Below are positions 48,917 to 60,975 of a stretch of DNA of 64,000 nucleotides, piece after piece; position 1 is the first letter of the stretch, and each line of letters begins with the position of its first letter. The DNA lies in the NCBI RefSeq assembly GCF_964204645.1, contig NC_134033.1:1012131-1076130 (forward strand), in the 5' to 3' direction. Origin of the DNA: Tubulanus polymorphus. Lineage: Eukaryota > Animalia > Nemertea. Under the pieces are notes generated by a model. The model was given only the letters and a program-made list of their open reading frames with translations, ran no database searches and was not told where the DNA came from. The position numbers were made by a program, and so were the translations under genes.

Positions 48917-51900
48917 ATGATCGAAGCCGGTGCGGATATGTTGTGTTTTCACCCGTTCCTGGGTTCGCTTACCGTCTTCTTGCTATCGTTGGAAATACAT
49001 CTTTACGGTAAGAAATCTGTAGCGATCTCGAAAAAATTACGATCACTTTTTTATAGTCATTTTCTTGTCGAATTAATTATTTTGGATCTGAATTAATCAG
49101 ATAGGTTTTTTATTACACTTCCGTGTCATCACTTGCCGGGTCGGCCCACTTTCGATCTTGCTTGCTTAATTTCGAAAAGTGAAAGGGGCCTCAAACTTTC
49201 AGTTTCTTTTCACTGATGAATTGATAAAATAAAATGATGGTGTTGAATTGTCAAACTATTTAACAGTCAATTAGTCATTTAGTTTTTGATTAATTAGGCA
49301 TGACTAATTATTAAATCATTCGATTGATCATGAACAGTTGAATGCTAAGATTTCTTTTGATTTTGAGGTAGACTAATTAAGGTCAAATTCAATTTAAAAC
49401 GAAGATTTTAATTAATTCAGAATAATTAAGGTTTAATTTATTCTAATTAAGAATTTCTGAATGGATGGACAATTTGATCCACTACAAATTATACAGTACA
49501 AAATAATGCTCAGAAAATAAAACTTTTCAGTAATTGTAAATGATATGATGGAGATTTTAAGATATTTATTTTTATGAATAATTTGTCTCTGTCTATACTT
49601 TTTAGGCGTCCACAGTGCTAGTAAGGAAGATGTCGAAAAACACCTCGAACTTGGTAAACGACTTTTGTCGTCCGGTCAACTGGCCGAGGCTTTACAACAC
49701 TACCACGAAGCTATAGGTAAGAATAGTCAGAAATTATGAGTCAAAATCAGTCTCGTCTACTTTCGATGACTCAATAGTCACTCAGAATCAATGATTTAAA
49801 CTCTAAAAGTCAAAATAAGTCCATAATTCCGATGGGGGCACAAACGGCACAAACCTCTCAATACACAATGCACTCAGTTATACCCAGCAAAAATTAGTTC
49901 ATTTTCAATGAACATTGAATTGGATTTTTAGGCTCCCAAATTGAAATGTTGAATTGGGCTAGTTACATATTTCAATGACTCATAACTCTAAAAGTCAAAA
50001 TAAGTCCATTCTAATTAAACACTTTATTAATCAACTCTACAGTCAAGGGACTATAACTCACAACTCTCTGTGGAAGTGGGTCCACATCGTAACGAATTAA
50101 ACCCAACTGATTATTGTTTTATTTTCAGAGGGCGATCAGTCGAATTATCTATCGTATTTCCAAAGAGCGACCGTGTATCTAGCGATCGGTAAATCTAAAT
50201 CGGCTCTGCCCGATTTGAACAAAGTCATCGAACTGAAACCAGATTTTTCGGGGGTAAGTCTCAAGTTTCGACGAATGTCGTGTCTAAACGCGGTATTTGA
50301 TGATGTCATAAGGGATTTACGAAGGCAGCCATCTATTCCGTAGATTATCTTCAGATCAATATGATGATGTCATAGGGGGATTCATGGAGGCTGCCATTCA
50401 TATCATTCAGGAAGAGTATAGATGAAATAAGTTATTGATTTGATGATGTCATAGGGGGATTTACCAATCTTTACTTTAAGTATCTATAGATCAAATTGAT
50501 GATGTCATAGGGGTATTGAAAGAGGTAGCCATGTTCTCTAGGTTGATGTCAAGGTTTCTAGTAGAAGTATCTATAGCTCAATACAATGATGTCATAGGGG
50601 GATTTATGGAGTCCTCCATATTTTCAGCGAAGGTTTTTAATATTGTCTCGTGACTGTTTCGTTGTAGGCCCGGCAACAGCGAGCAAATATTTATCTTAAA
50701 CAAGGAAAACTTTCAGACGCACAAGAAGATTATAAATATCTCGTAAGTATCGAGCAATTTGAGGCTCCTTTTGGCCCTCACCCCGTTACTTGAGGCACCT
50801 TGTTACCCTCACCCTGATATTCGAGGCACCTCTCTACCCTAACCCGTGATTTAAAATCCTTTTTTTACCGAGGCCCATTTCTACCCTCAACGCATGATTT
50901 AAGGCCTCTTTTTCTCCCGCCCCTAACAAGAAAGCATCATTTGTATTCTATTCAGTTGAAATATAATCCGGAGAACTCCGAGGCGAAATTACAGCTCGAC
51001 TCGATACCGCAACTGAAGGACGAACGAGAGGAGGCGAAGGAGGCGCACGATGAGGGCGATTATCAAACAGCTATCGAATTACTCACTAAAGCTATCGAGG
51101 TTAGTTCGAAATATCGAAATATTGATGAGCGAAATTATTGAAATTTTCAATGAATTATTTAAACACCAGGTATCAGCGAATTATTTTAATATCAGTGAAT
51201 TATTGAAATATCATTCAATGAATTATTGAAATATCAGTCAATTATTTGAATATCGATAAATAAGAAATGATTACCACTATATACTAAAAAAAAAGCCACT
51301 GGGTCTAGAAAGGACGGTTGATACTAAATTGAGAATTCATGATATTTTCGCGTTTTCAGGCTAGTCCGTGGGATCCGGATCTGCGCGATTTACGCGCCGA
51401 TTGTTACATTCAGATCGGCGACTATTTCAAAGCGATCGGCGACATTCGACCGACGACGAAACTCGTCAACGACAACACGGCCGCGTTCCTGAAACTGAGT
51501 AAAATACTCTATCAGATCGGCGAGGCAGACGACGCCTTGACGTGAGTAGTAATAAACAATAACCCCCTTCAACTATTGATCAATTATTGATTTTTGAGTC
51601 AGCTCGGGGCCCAGTTTCACAAAAAGGTTTAACGATTTAATTTCTTCATTAATTCAGTTTATCTTAAAATCGATTTAGGCCTCGATCACTTTTGTGAAAC
51701 TGGGCCCAGAACTGGTTCAGGTATGCTTGACTTATTTTGAGTGAAGAGTCGAATTATTTAAGCGGGGTGGCGCCAACGACCTGGAAAACCCTTGGGGAAT
51801 CTGAAAAATCTGGGAAATCTCGGGGAATTTTGTCAAATCTTTATACCAGAAACCTGGGAATCAGGAAAATCTTGAAAAAAATCAGTGAAAACTTGTGGAA

Positions 51901-54850
51901 TTTGACATTGACCAAAATCAACTGGTATAACTCTGGTGACCGGCCCCCCCTAAACCATTCGGCCATCGCCCTCTATAAAAAAGAAACCGTTTCTGATTTT
52001 CTGTCTCCGTCTCTTGCAGTGAAATTCGTGAATGTCTGAAGCTCGATCCCGATCATCCGCAGTGTTTCCCGCATTATAAAAAAGTGAAAAAACTTGTCAA
52101 ACAAATGAAAAGCACTCAGGAAAATATCAACTCTCAGAGTTGGGCCGATTGCGTTAACAAAGCGAAACAAATGATGAAAACCGAAAACAAAATCGATTTC
52201 TATTTACAAAAAGCCAAGTCTCATATATGTCACTGTCACGCTAAGGTGAGATTTGATTCTGTCCCCTGCGACTCCTTGAATCCTTAAAAACTCCTAAACT
52301 GAAAAAAATAAAACAGGGTCCGATCTAAGCACTTGTCCGATTGCCCGGGACAAGTATATTCTCATCAGGGCAAGTAGGTTATCATTATCACTTGTCTCCC
52401 GGGCTAGCGCACAACGCTTTTTTCCCACTCGACACCACGGATGATAGTGCCACCAATCGGACTGCTTGTGTAGGGCAAGTAGCTTTTGGAGGGGGCAAGC
52501 GAAATTTCAGATTGGCTTGCCCCTCGGACAAGTGGCTTTCATTCCTTAGATCGAACCCTGTAAAATGCTGTTAAAGGTGCTTAAAACTCCTTTTATTTTT
52601 GACCAAATTGCCTGAAAATGTAAATCTATTTTATATTTCAGGCAGGAAACGTTAAAGAAGCATTAAACACTTGTAACGAAGTTTTGTCCATAGAACCCGA
52701 TAATATAGAAGCAATATGTGATAGGGCAGACGCGTACCTTTCAGACGGCCGATACGACGAAGGTGAGTTCTTTATCAACCCCTAAAATCCATTAACACGG
52801 ATCGGGTTTTTACAGATCAGGGAATTCTGACTCCCTTCTTGAAAATCAGGATCGAGTCAGAGATTTTGAATTTTTGGTGTCTTGTTGTTCTTGCTGGTGA
52901 CGAGTGACACAAGGAACCTCTTGATAAGAAACAGCCTTCAATGAGGATATCTTATAATTTAATCAGGGAATTTGAATTTTTGGTTGTTCTTGCTGGTGAC
53001 GAGTAACACGAGGAACCGCTTGATAAGAAACAGTCCTCACTGAGGATATCTTAAAATTTAATCGGGGAATTTAAATTTTTGGTGTCTTGTTGTTCTTGCT
53101 GGTGACGAGTGACACAAGGAACCTCTTGATAAGAAACAGCCCTCACTGAGGATATCTTAACATTTAATCGGGGAATTTAAATTTTTGGTGTCTTGTTGTT
53201 CTTGCTGGTAACGAGTGACACAAGGAACCTCTTGATAAGAAACAGCCCTCACTGAGGATATCTTATAATTCAATCAGGGAATTTGGTTAAGGGTCAGGGG
53301 TATTGGGGAATTTTGGATTCCACGGTCTGTAAGAAATACTAAATTTTGAAAATATGATTTTTGACGATTTATTTCTGTTTTCTAAATTTCTAGCGATCCG
53401 AGACTTCCAAGATGCAATAAACATTGATGGCAACCATCAACGATCTCAGGAGGGAATACAACGATCGCAGAAACTTAAAAAACAAGCGAGCAAACGTGAT
53501 TATTATAAAATATTAGGAGTTCGAAGGTGTGTATTCGTACTGCGTGGCGCCACTGACCTGGAAAACCTGGAAAACTAGGGGAATCAGAAAAATCTATTGA
53601 AACTAATCAGAGAAAACTCAGGGCCCAGATCCAGTCGTGAGTTAAGATTTGACTCTGAATTGAAAACGTCGAAAATGAACTGATTCTAACTCAAGAGTTA
53701 ACTCTTAACTCACAACTGTGGAACTGGATCCTGAGTTCACAGTTAACTCTAACTCACAACTGTGGAACTGGATCCTGAGTTCTGAGTTAACTCTAACTCA
53801 CAACTGTGGAACTGGATCCTGAGTTCTGAGTTAACTTTAACTGACAACTGTGGAACTGGGTCCTGAGTTCAGAGTTAACTCTAACTCACAACTGTGGAAC
53901 TGGTTCCAGGGAATTTGATAAATTTCACCAAAAACCTGGAAAAGTCAGGGAATTCTGACAATGCTATTGACGAGTAATGATTTTAAACTCCACTGAAAAC
54001 CTGGAAAACTGAAGAATTCAGAAAAATCGAGAAATAAATCCGGGAATTTCTAATGTTCTGAATTTTATCGCTATTGTTTCGCAGGAACGCGAGTAAAAAG
54101 GATATAAAAACGGCGTATCGGAAACTGGCCGTAAAATGGCATCCGGATAAATACGAAGGCGACGATAAGAAAAAAGCCGAGAAAATGTTTATAGATATCG
54201 CTGCTGCTAAGGAGGTGCTATCCGATCCAGGTAAGAGTCCATTCTTCGCCTTCTCTCCGTCCGATCTACGTCGGAGTCCACCCTCCTATTCCTGTCTACC
54301 CGAATTACAGATCGGACTACTGTAAGGGGGAGTAGTTTCTATTCTAACTTTTTCAGACCTCGATTACCGAAAATATTGAAATACTCTGAAAATTTGAACG
54401 ATTCATAGTTCATTTTCAATTGGAATACTTTTTTTTTTGATGTCCAGTCAAACTACTCTAATTTCTGGTGAAAACTACCGCACTTCTTTTATCAGATCTG
54501 GTCTGGAATTAAGGACAAATTTGATTCATTGTCAATTAATTTCCTCTGTCCATGTCAATCTCCATATATTGGACTTAAAGACCTTATTGTTTAGAAAGCT
54601 TGTTTGGCAGTGATATCGCAACTAGAGACCGGTGCCTTTGAATATCAGTTAGGAAAACGGCATTTCCTTCATCTATCAGATTTTTTACCGTATCTCGATA
54701 TTTTTTTCAGAGAAACGCGAGAAGTTCGATAACGGCGAAGATCCGTTGGATCCCGAACAACAACAAGGCGGTCACGGCGGCGACCCGTGGTTCCACGGAT
54801 TCAATCCGTTCGGACACGGTGGATTCCAGTTCAAATACAACTTCAACTGA
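48917..54850 (+). CDS. DNAJC3: DnaJ homolog subfamily C member 3 (P58IPK), 497 aa, 11 exons
   Basis: Exons 48917-49007, 49606-49716, 50129-50253, 50668-50742, 50956-51099, 51360-51541, 52020-52245, 52642-52762, 53394-53526, 54085-54230, 54711-54850 (1494 nt). Signal peptide, [13 protein letters not shown] repeats, [13 protein letters not shown]-domain [27 protein letters not shown]-terminus GEDPLDPE...FQFKYNFN. Confidence 0.96.
52314..52560. mobile_element. hAT-like MITE (partial second copy at 55562-55730)
   Basis: CAGGGTCCGATCTAAG / CTTAGATCGAACCCTG TIRs. Confidence 0.75.
52865..53300. repeat. ~105-bp satellite, about 4 copies, reverse complement of 44423-45050
   Basis: GTTCTTGCTGGTGACGAGTGACACAAGGAACCTCTTGATAAGAAACAGCCCTCACTGAGGATATC. 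Confidence 0.95.
53625..53905. repeat. MITE whose right end is amplified as a 44-bp tandem repeat, about 5 copies
   Basis: GAGTTAACTCTAACTCACAACTGTGGAACTGGATCCTGAGTTC units following a left arm similar to 44281. Confidence 0.85.
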
Positions 54851-54959
54851 GAGACTGATTTATAATTAATACCAGCCTGTTGTTCATCGACTCATTCATT
54901 CGTTCGTTCATTCATTCATCTGTGGCGCGAGGGGTAGGGGGAGAAGAGTTTGTTCGAGC

Positions 54960-55350
54960 ATCTGGAGATTCTACGTCTGTCGCGGAGGGATTTCTCCCGT
55001 CTGCTATAGCCAGATTTATCCATCTCGTGCAGAGGGATTTCCCCGTCTGCTATGGAGGGATTACTCCATCCGTTGCAGTGGGATTACCCCGTCTGCTATG
55101 GAGGGATTTCCTACGTCTGCTATGGGGGAATTCCTCCGTCTGTTATGGGGTAATTTCCCCGTCTGCTATGGAGGGATTTCTTCGCTGCTATGGAGGGATT
55201 TCCCCGTCTGCTATGGAGGGATTTCCCCGTCTGCTATGGAGGGATTTCTCCGTCTGCTATGGAGGAATTTCTCCGTCTATGGAGGGATTTCCCCGTCTGC
55301 TATGGAGGGATTACTCCATCTGCTATGGAGGGATTTCTCCGTCTGCGGTA
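54960..55350. repeat. 23-bp minisatellite in the DNAJC3 3' UTR
   Basis: CCGTCTGCTATGGAGGGATTTCC units; AATAAA downstream near 55512. Confidence 0.9.
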
Positions 55351-55739
55351 GTGAGAGATTTCTCTGCTGCTGTGCTCCGTCTGTTGTGTTTTGTTTTTAC
55401 AGAGTCTCCAGCGCTGCTCTGCATTAATTATCGATTGTTATATTTGAGAATAACTAATGCAAATCATTTTCGTTGTCGTCTGTATGAAATTTCTCATTGA
55501 GTTCATTTATAAATAAACTAATAATTTCTATAAATCTCTGTGCGTTATTTAATTACTACCTCAGGGTCCGATCTTAGCGCATGCATGTCCAATTGCCCGG
55601 GACAAGTATACTTTCATTAGCGCAAATAGGTGTCATTATCACTTGTCCACCGGTCTAGTGCAATTTTACGTCGCAAAGCTTTTTCCCACTCGATACAATG
55701 CATGATTGTGCCACCAATTGGACCGCCTGCTGATCTTTG

Positions 55740-55977
55740 GAACTGGGTTCTGAGTCAAATTAAACCCACACAACTGGAACTGGGTCCACAGTAAAATTAA
55801 ACCCACACAACTGTGGAACTGGATCCAGAGTCAAATTAAACCCACACAACTGTGGAACTGGTTTCGGAGTCAAATTAAGCCGACAAAAATGTGGAACTGG
55901 GTCCTGAGACAATTAAACCCACACAACTGTAATACTGGGTACAGAGTTAAATTCAACCCGCACAACTGTGGAACTAA
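55740..55977. repeat. ACTGTGGAACTGG-family ~39-bp tandem repeat, about 6 copies
   Basis: AAATTAAACCCACACAACTGTGGAACTGG. Confidence 0.9.
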
Positions 55978-56829
55978 GCCAAAAAAGCCCATAACTATCG
56001 GACTGGAGACAATCTTGAAATTAGGACCAGGCTTATGTTAAGTCCTGAACATAGTGTGGTCACCACACACCAGAATTATGTCAAATAATTCGATCAATGA
56101 AGGTGCTGTCATCTAGTGGTCGCAGTAGGAACCATTCTGGGCAGGCTAGTACTTGTTATAACACAGTCTGTCCCTTAAGGCGTTATTTAAATACTGAACC
56201 TGATTAACAGTTAATAACACATATACCGATATCTATGAATTAATGGTATTTATCAAAGATTATTTGTTATCAATATCTACAGTACAAAGGTTCGACTCAG
56301 GGGTTGGTTCTCATATTATACAGTATCTCGTAGGTTCACTGTACTTAGTGTATAGGGCTCTAGTACAATACCGGTCACACTATTACTAGTCTAGGCTCGC
56401 GAACCAGCAAACTCGATTTTTACAGTCAACCGCTATCAACAAATAAAGTGACACGATGATTGGCTGAAATATTTTTACTTTGAATTTAAAACAGATGCCC
56501 CAACAGTAGTGGCGTAGTACCGTACTACTCTTGCCCGCCAACAACTACATTTTCAAACCATAACATTTATCCGCGTCCAGGGCGGCCATCTTTGATTATC
56601 ATGCTCATTTTACTGCATGGTACTTTGATTAATGCAATCCCTTTGTTTTAACTTCATTACTTACCTTAGCAAGTTTTTGATTCGGTCCAGCAACACTTGT
56701 ATCAAGTACAAGGCGATTTCTTGCTTGCATGCCATTAGGGGAGATGGTTCCACAGTGGATAGTTCCACAGCTCTCCACTTTTTAACAAGATTAGATCTTC
56801 TCATTGGGTGGCTTGGCTCCAAGAGCAAA

Positions 56830-57165
56830 TAGTGGCTCCACGATAGTTACTATAGGGTAGAGGTTGGCTCCATGATAGCTCCTATAGGGTAGAGGGTGGC
56901 TCCATGATTGCTCCTAAAGGGTAGAGGTTGGCTCCATGGTAGCTCCTAAAGGGTAGAGGTTGGCCCCATGATTGCTCCTATAGGGTAGAGGGTGGCCCCA
57001 TGATAGCTCCCATAGGGTAGAGGTTGGCTCCATGATAGCTCCTAAAAGGTAGAGGTTGGCTCCATGGTAGCTCCTATAGGGTATAGGTTGGCTCCATGAT
57101 AGCTCCTATAGGGTAGAGGGTGGCTCCATGATAGCTCCTATAGGGTAGAGGGTGGCTCCATGGCT
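56830..57165. repeat. 32-bp minisatellite, about 10 copies
   Basis: TATAGGGTAGAGGKTGGCTCCATGATAGCTCC. Confidence 0.95.
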
Positions 57166-59220
57166 CTGCAGTTGCATCCAAGATAGAGGGTGACTTGACA
57201 TCCATTTTGCTCAACTCACAGATAGATAAACACAAAAAAGAACACCAGAAAGTCAATATTTTAAACCACAATTCACATCATTTTATTATCGTTTCAAAAT
57301 TCCTAATAAATTATCTAAATATGAATAATTAATCATTATTCCACACACGGGAGAGGTGACAGAAGGGGGTGGAGGGGTGTGAAAGGGGGGGGGTCAGAGA
57401 GCGGCGAGGTGTGGTTCATTACAATCCTGAGATAGAAACTAATTATTTCATTATTCAACTAACATCTTAATTATTAACTTATTAATTAGTGGTGGTTAAT
57501 TAAACATACATATTCATATATATATATAGAACTGCCTAAAGAGAAGACAGTCGGGAGATCAAACCAGGCAAACCCGAGCAAAAAAATATCCGACAATTTT
57601 CAAAGGTTTTTTCTTAAAATTCTTTTCCGACCAAAATGCTTTTTTTTAACGAGCGAAGCCGATTTCAATTGTTGGTTTCACTAATAACGACAACAAGGGA
57701 CCGCAGTCGCTTATAGGTTAGTTAAAAATAATCGGCCGATAAATTAATTGTCACTATTTATCAACTATCCACTGGTTAACTCAAATCAACTGACCCAAGG
57801 TCACCAAGTTGCAGCGTTAACACGGACAATTTCCAGAAATTGCTCTGCATTCAGAGATAATTTCCCACTCGGGTCGCCCTTCAATTTATAGGAATTTCCG
57901 ATAACTTAAGATTTTCCTCGATATCAAACCACGATAAAAACGTTTTATCAATTTCTTTCTTTTTAGCAAAAAGCGGCGTCTACGAATAATTAATTGTTCA
58001 TTAAAACGTTAAGAATCACAGAGAACTTTAACTTTTTCTAAAAAACCGTTTCCCACCTTTAACCCCGAAAATTCCTCTGACAGAAAGAACGAACGAGGGC
58101 GTCGCCGGCGCCCCCTAGCGGTCGTGCAGGGGGATAGTTAAGTAATTCATTAAATAACAACGAGATAGTTCTTTCCTAATTAACATCAACAGGCGCTAAC
58201 GAGAAAATCCGATTAATTAGTCGTTTTTAATTATCATAATAATGATTTAAATGATATGGAAAAATTGACACAGAATCGGAACCAGGTTCCTAAGTTACAT
58301 CTTGCGGTAAAGTCCGATCTAACATCGATAGATTTTGCGACGCGCGGAACCGGATCCGAGATTTGCATAAAGTGTTAAAAACAGTGACACGGCAGAGAGG
58401 CGTATTCGTAACGGAGACGTTAAAAAATAGTGGTCTAAAATAAATGAAAGATAATGTCGCGAAAATATGACGGATGAACTGAAATTTATTCAATGTAAAA
58501 AAGAAGGCGAACTTCACGAGGTCCGAGCGAGTTTCGAGGGGCAGAGGCTCGATCATCAAATAACGTTTTCCCCCAAAAAAAATATTACACTTATTTTGTT
58601 AATTTTCTTAAAAAAATTTTCACTGACGGGCTAAAGTATTTCTAAACTTCCGAAATTTATGGAGGAATAATTCTAACGCCCTTTTGGAAAAATCGAAAAG
58701 TGAGACTTAAATTTGGAAAAAATTTCACGTACCTCAAATTTCGCCCCAAATTTAACGAACCGACCGCGCAAAAGTTTGGACATTCGTTTCAACTAAAAAT
58801 ACGCATTATCGGACTGGAGTCCGGCGCGCCGTACGTGTTATACTGAAAACCAGTCCGCGGTTAAATCAAACGTAACAATGGAGGAATGTTTTAAATAATC
58901 AATATCCGATTCGCGCTCATGCAATTCATACGTACACGCGATTTCTCAACTGGCCACTAGAGCGCGCCACTAGCGTCCAAGATGGCCGACTACTATATAT
59001 AATGATATTTAACTAATAAGTTGTTTCGTTTTTTTTCGTACTGACAAACTCATGGTTACTCACTATTTACAGACAAAGTAATATTATTATTATTTATATA
59101 TAAAAACATATCGTACACAGTTTCACAAAACAGCAGAAAAACCGCAGTAAATCGATTTAACATCGCGAGGAAATTAAATCGATTTTGACAGTTAGTCCTG
59201 CTTTTGTGAAACCGAGTCCA

Positions 59221-59753
59221 GGGCTCGGTTGCACAGCCATGACTTAAGTCAAACCGGGCTCATAAGACTGATCTTTTGTTAGATTGGTTATAGAACCAAA
59301 ATGAGCTTAGACTGGTCTTAAGTTGTTAGATTGCCTATAGAACCAAAATGAGCTTAGACTGGTCTTAAGTTGATAGATTGGTTATAGAACTAAAATGAGC
59401 TTAGACTGGTCTTAAGTTGTTAGATTGCCTATAGAACCAAAATGAGCTTAGACTGGTCTTAAGTTGATAGATTGGTTATAGAACCAAAATGAGCTTAGAC
59501 TGGTCTTAAGTTGTTAGATTGGTTATAGAACCAAAATGAGCTTAGACTGGTCTTAAGTTGATAGATTGGTTATAGAACCAAAATGAGCTTAGACTGGTCT
59601 TAAGTTGTTAGATTGGTTATAGAACCAAAATGAGCTTAGACTGGTCTTAAGTTGTTAGATTGGTTATAGAACCAAAATTAGCTTAGATTAGCCCGAAAAA
59701 CTAAGATAGTCTTTGACCAGTCATAACCCTAAGACATGACTGTGCAACTGACC
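59221..59753. mobile_element. MITE with an internal 47-bp satellite expansion, about 8.5 copies
   Basis: GGTTGCACAG / CTGTGCAACT ends; unit TAGATTGGTTATAGAACCAAAATGAGCTTAGACTGGTCTTAAGTTGT; an unexpanded relative lies at 36886-37025. Confidence 0.85.
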
Positions 59754-60872
59754 ACTGTATTTCTATTCAGGTAACTACAGTTTTAAAGATTTGATTAGTG
59801 CGGCATTGCGAATGAGCGAAATGTTTTTTTCGGTGTAAAATCACTTAGTTTATCAATACAACAGTCGCCGCTCGCCGAGAGCAGACGTCAGAGCGTCGAG
59901 AGCAGACGTCAGAGCGTCGAGAGCAGACGACGCCATTCAATAAACTAGACAGAGTTCTAAAAATAACTAACGAGACACAGCCGATCAGGTATAACCCAGG
60001 CAAAAGGGACGTAACTCAAACTCGCGAGGACACGTCCAGACGAGCCTCTAGTCACCGGCGCCCTCTATACACAGACCTATCTACTAAACAAGGGCTGAGC
60101 CGGTTCAACGTTTGAACTCGACCCGTACGCCAAACCTGAATAACTGACACTGACTAAAATCTCAACGCCATCGTTTGGAAAAATCTCGCGATAACTTCGC
60201 CATTTCATCAACAATGTCCCCGTAACTAGGACGACGAATATTTTTCTTTGTTCCGAGAACAACGTATCGAATTACTCTCCGTTCTCGATAAAACAATTCT
60301 ATCTTTTTACGCGACGCCGATCTACGTTTCTTTCTTCTAGTTTCGCGCTTAAAAAACTCATATACAGATCATAAGGCAGGTTTCGATTGATCTCGATCAG
60401 TTCCGGAGTTTTCTGGCGTGTTTAACCCAGAATACCCTCTACCTATTCCGCAATAGCATAAATTCAAAACCTGATTGAAGCGACCGGTAGAAAGTTTGGC
60501 AGTTTTAGATCGGTTTCTACCGATTCCAGAATTCTCTTCTCGCGCGTTCATTTCGACCAGAATACAAGCTCTACCTATTCCGGAATAACGTAATCTTTTA
60601 AACCGATACAAGCAGAAGGTAGAGAGTTCGTAATCCGCGAATCGATATATTCCCAAAAACCGAAACACGTTCGATCAAACTCTGAATTAAAATCTGTAGA
60701 ATTTGTTTTAATTCCTAACTTTTGAAATAGCTTCATAGGAAAGTAATAACGCCTCGCCTTATTTTTGCGATATTTTTACTCATTCAATCGAAACCTGCCT
60801 CGTGTTTTCAGTAATATTCGGGCAGTGCGTTCTTTATTCGGTTTGTTGTTAAATAACTCTCGATAAAATCGG

Positions 60873-60874
<2 letters not shown>

Positions 60875-60908
<34 letters not shown>
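60875..60908. repeat. (TAA)n microsatellite
   Basis: About 11 TAA units. Confidence 0.95.
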
Positions 60909-60975
60909 TCAACTACGGTCGCTGTTTTTTTCTTCAAACCGGAACAATTTTCTAAAACTAAAAAAAAAAAGAAGA

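Noticed and set aside
54880-55500. 206-aa ORF after DNAJC3
   Set aside because: Translation of the 23-bp 3' UTR minisatellite.
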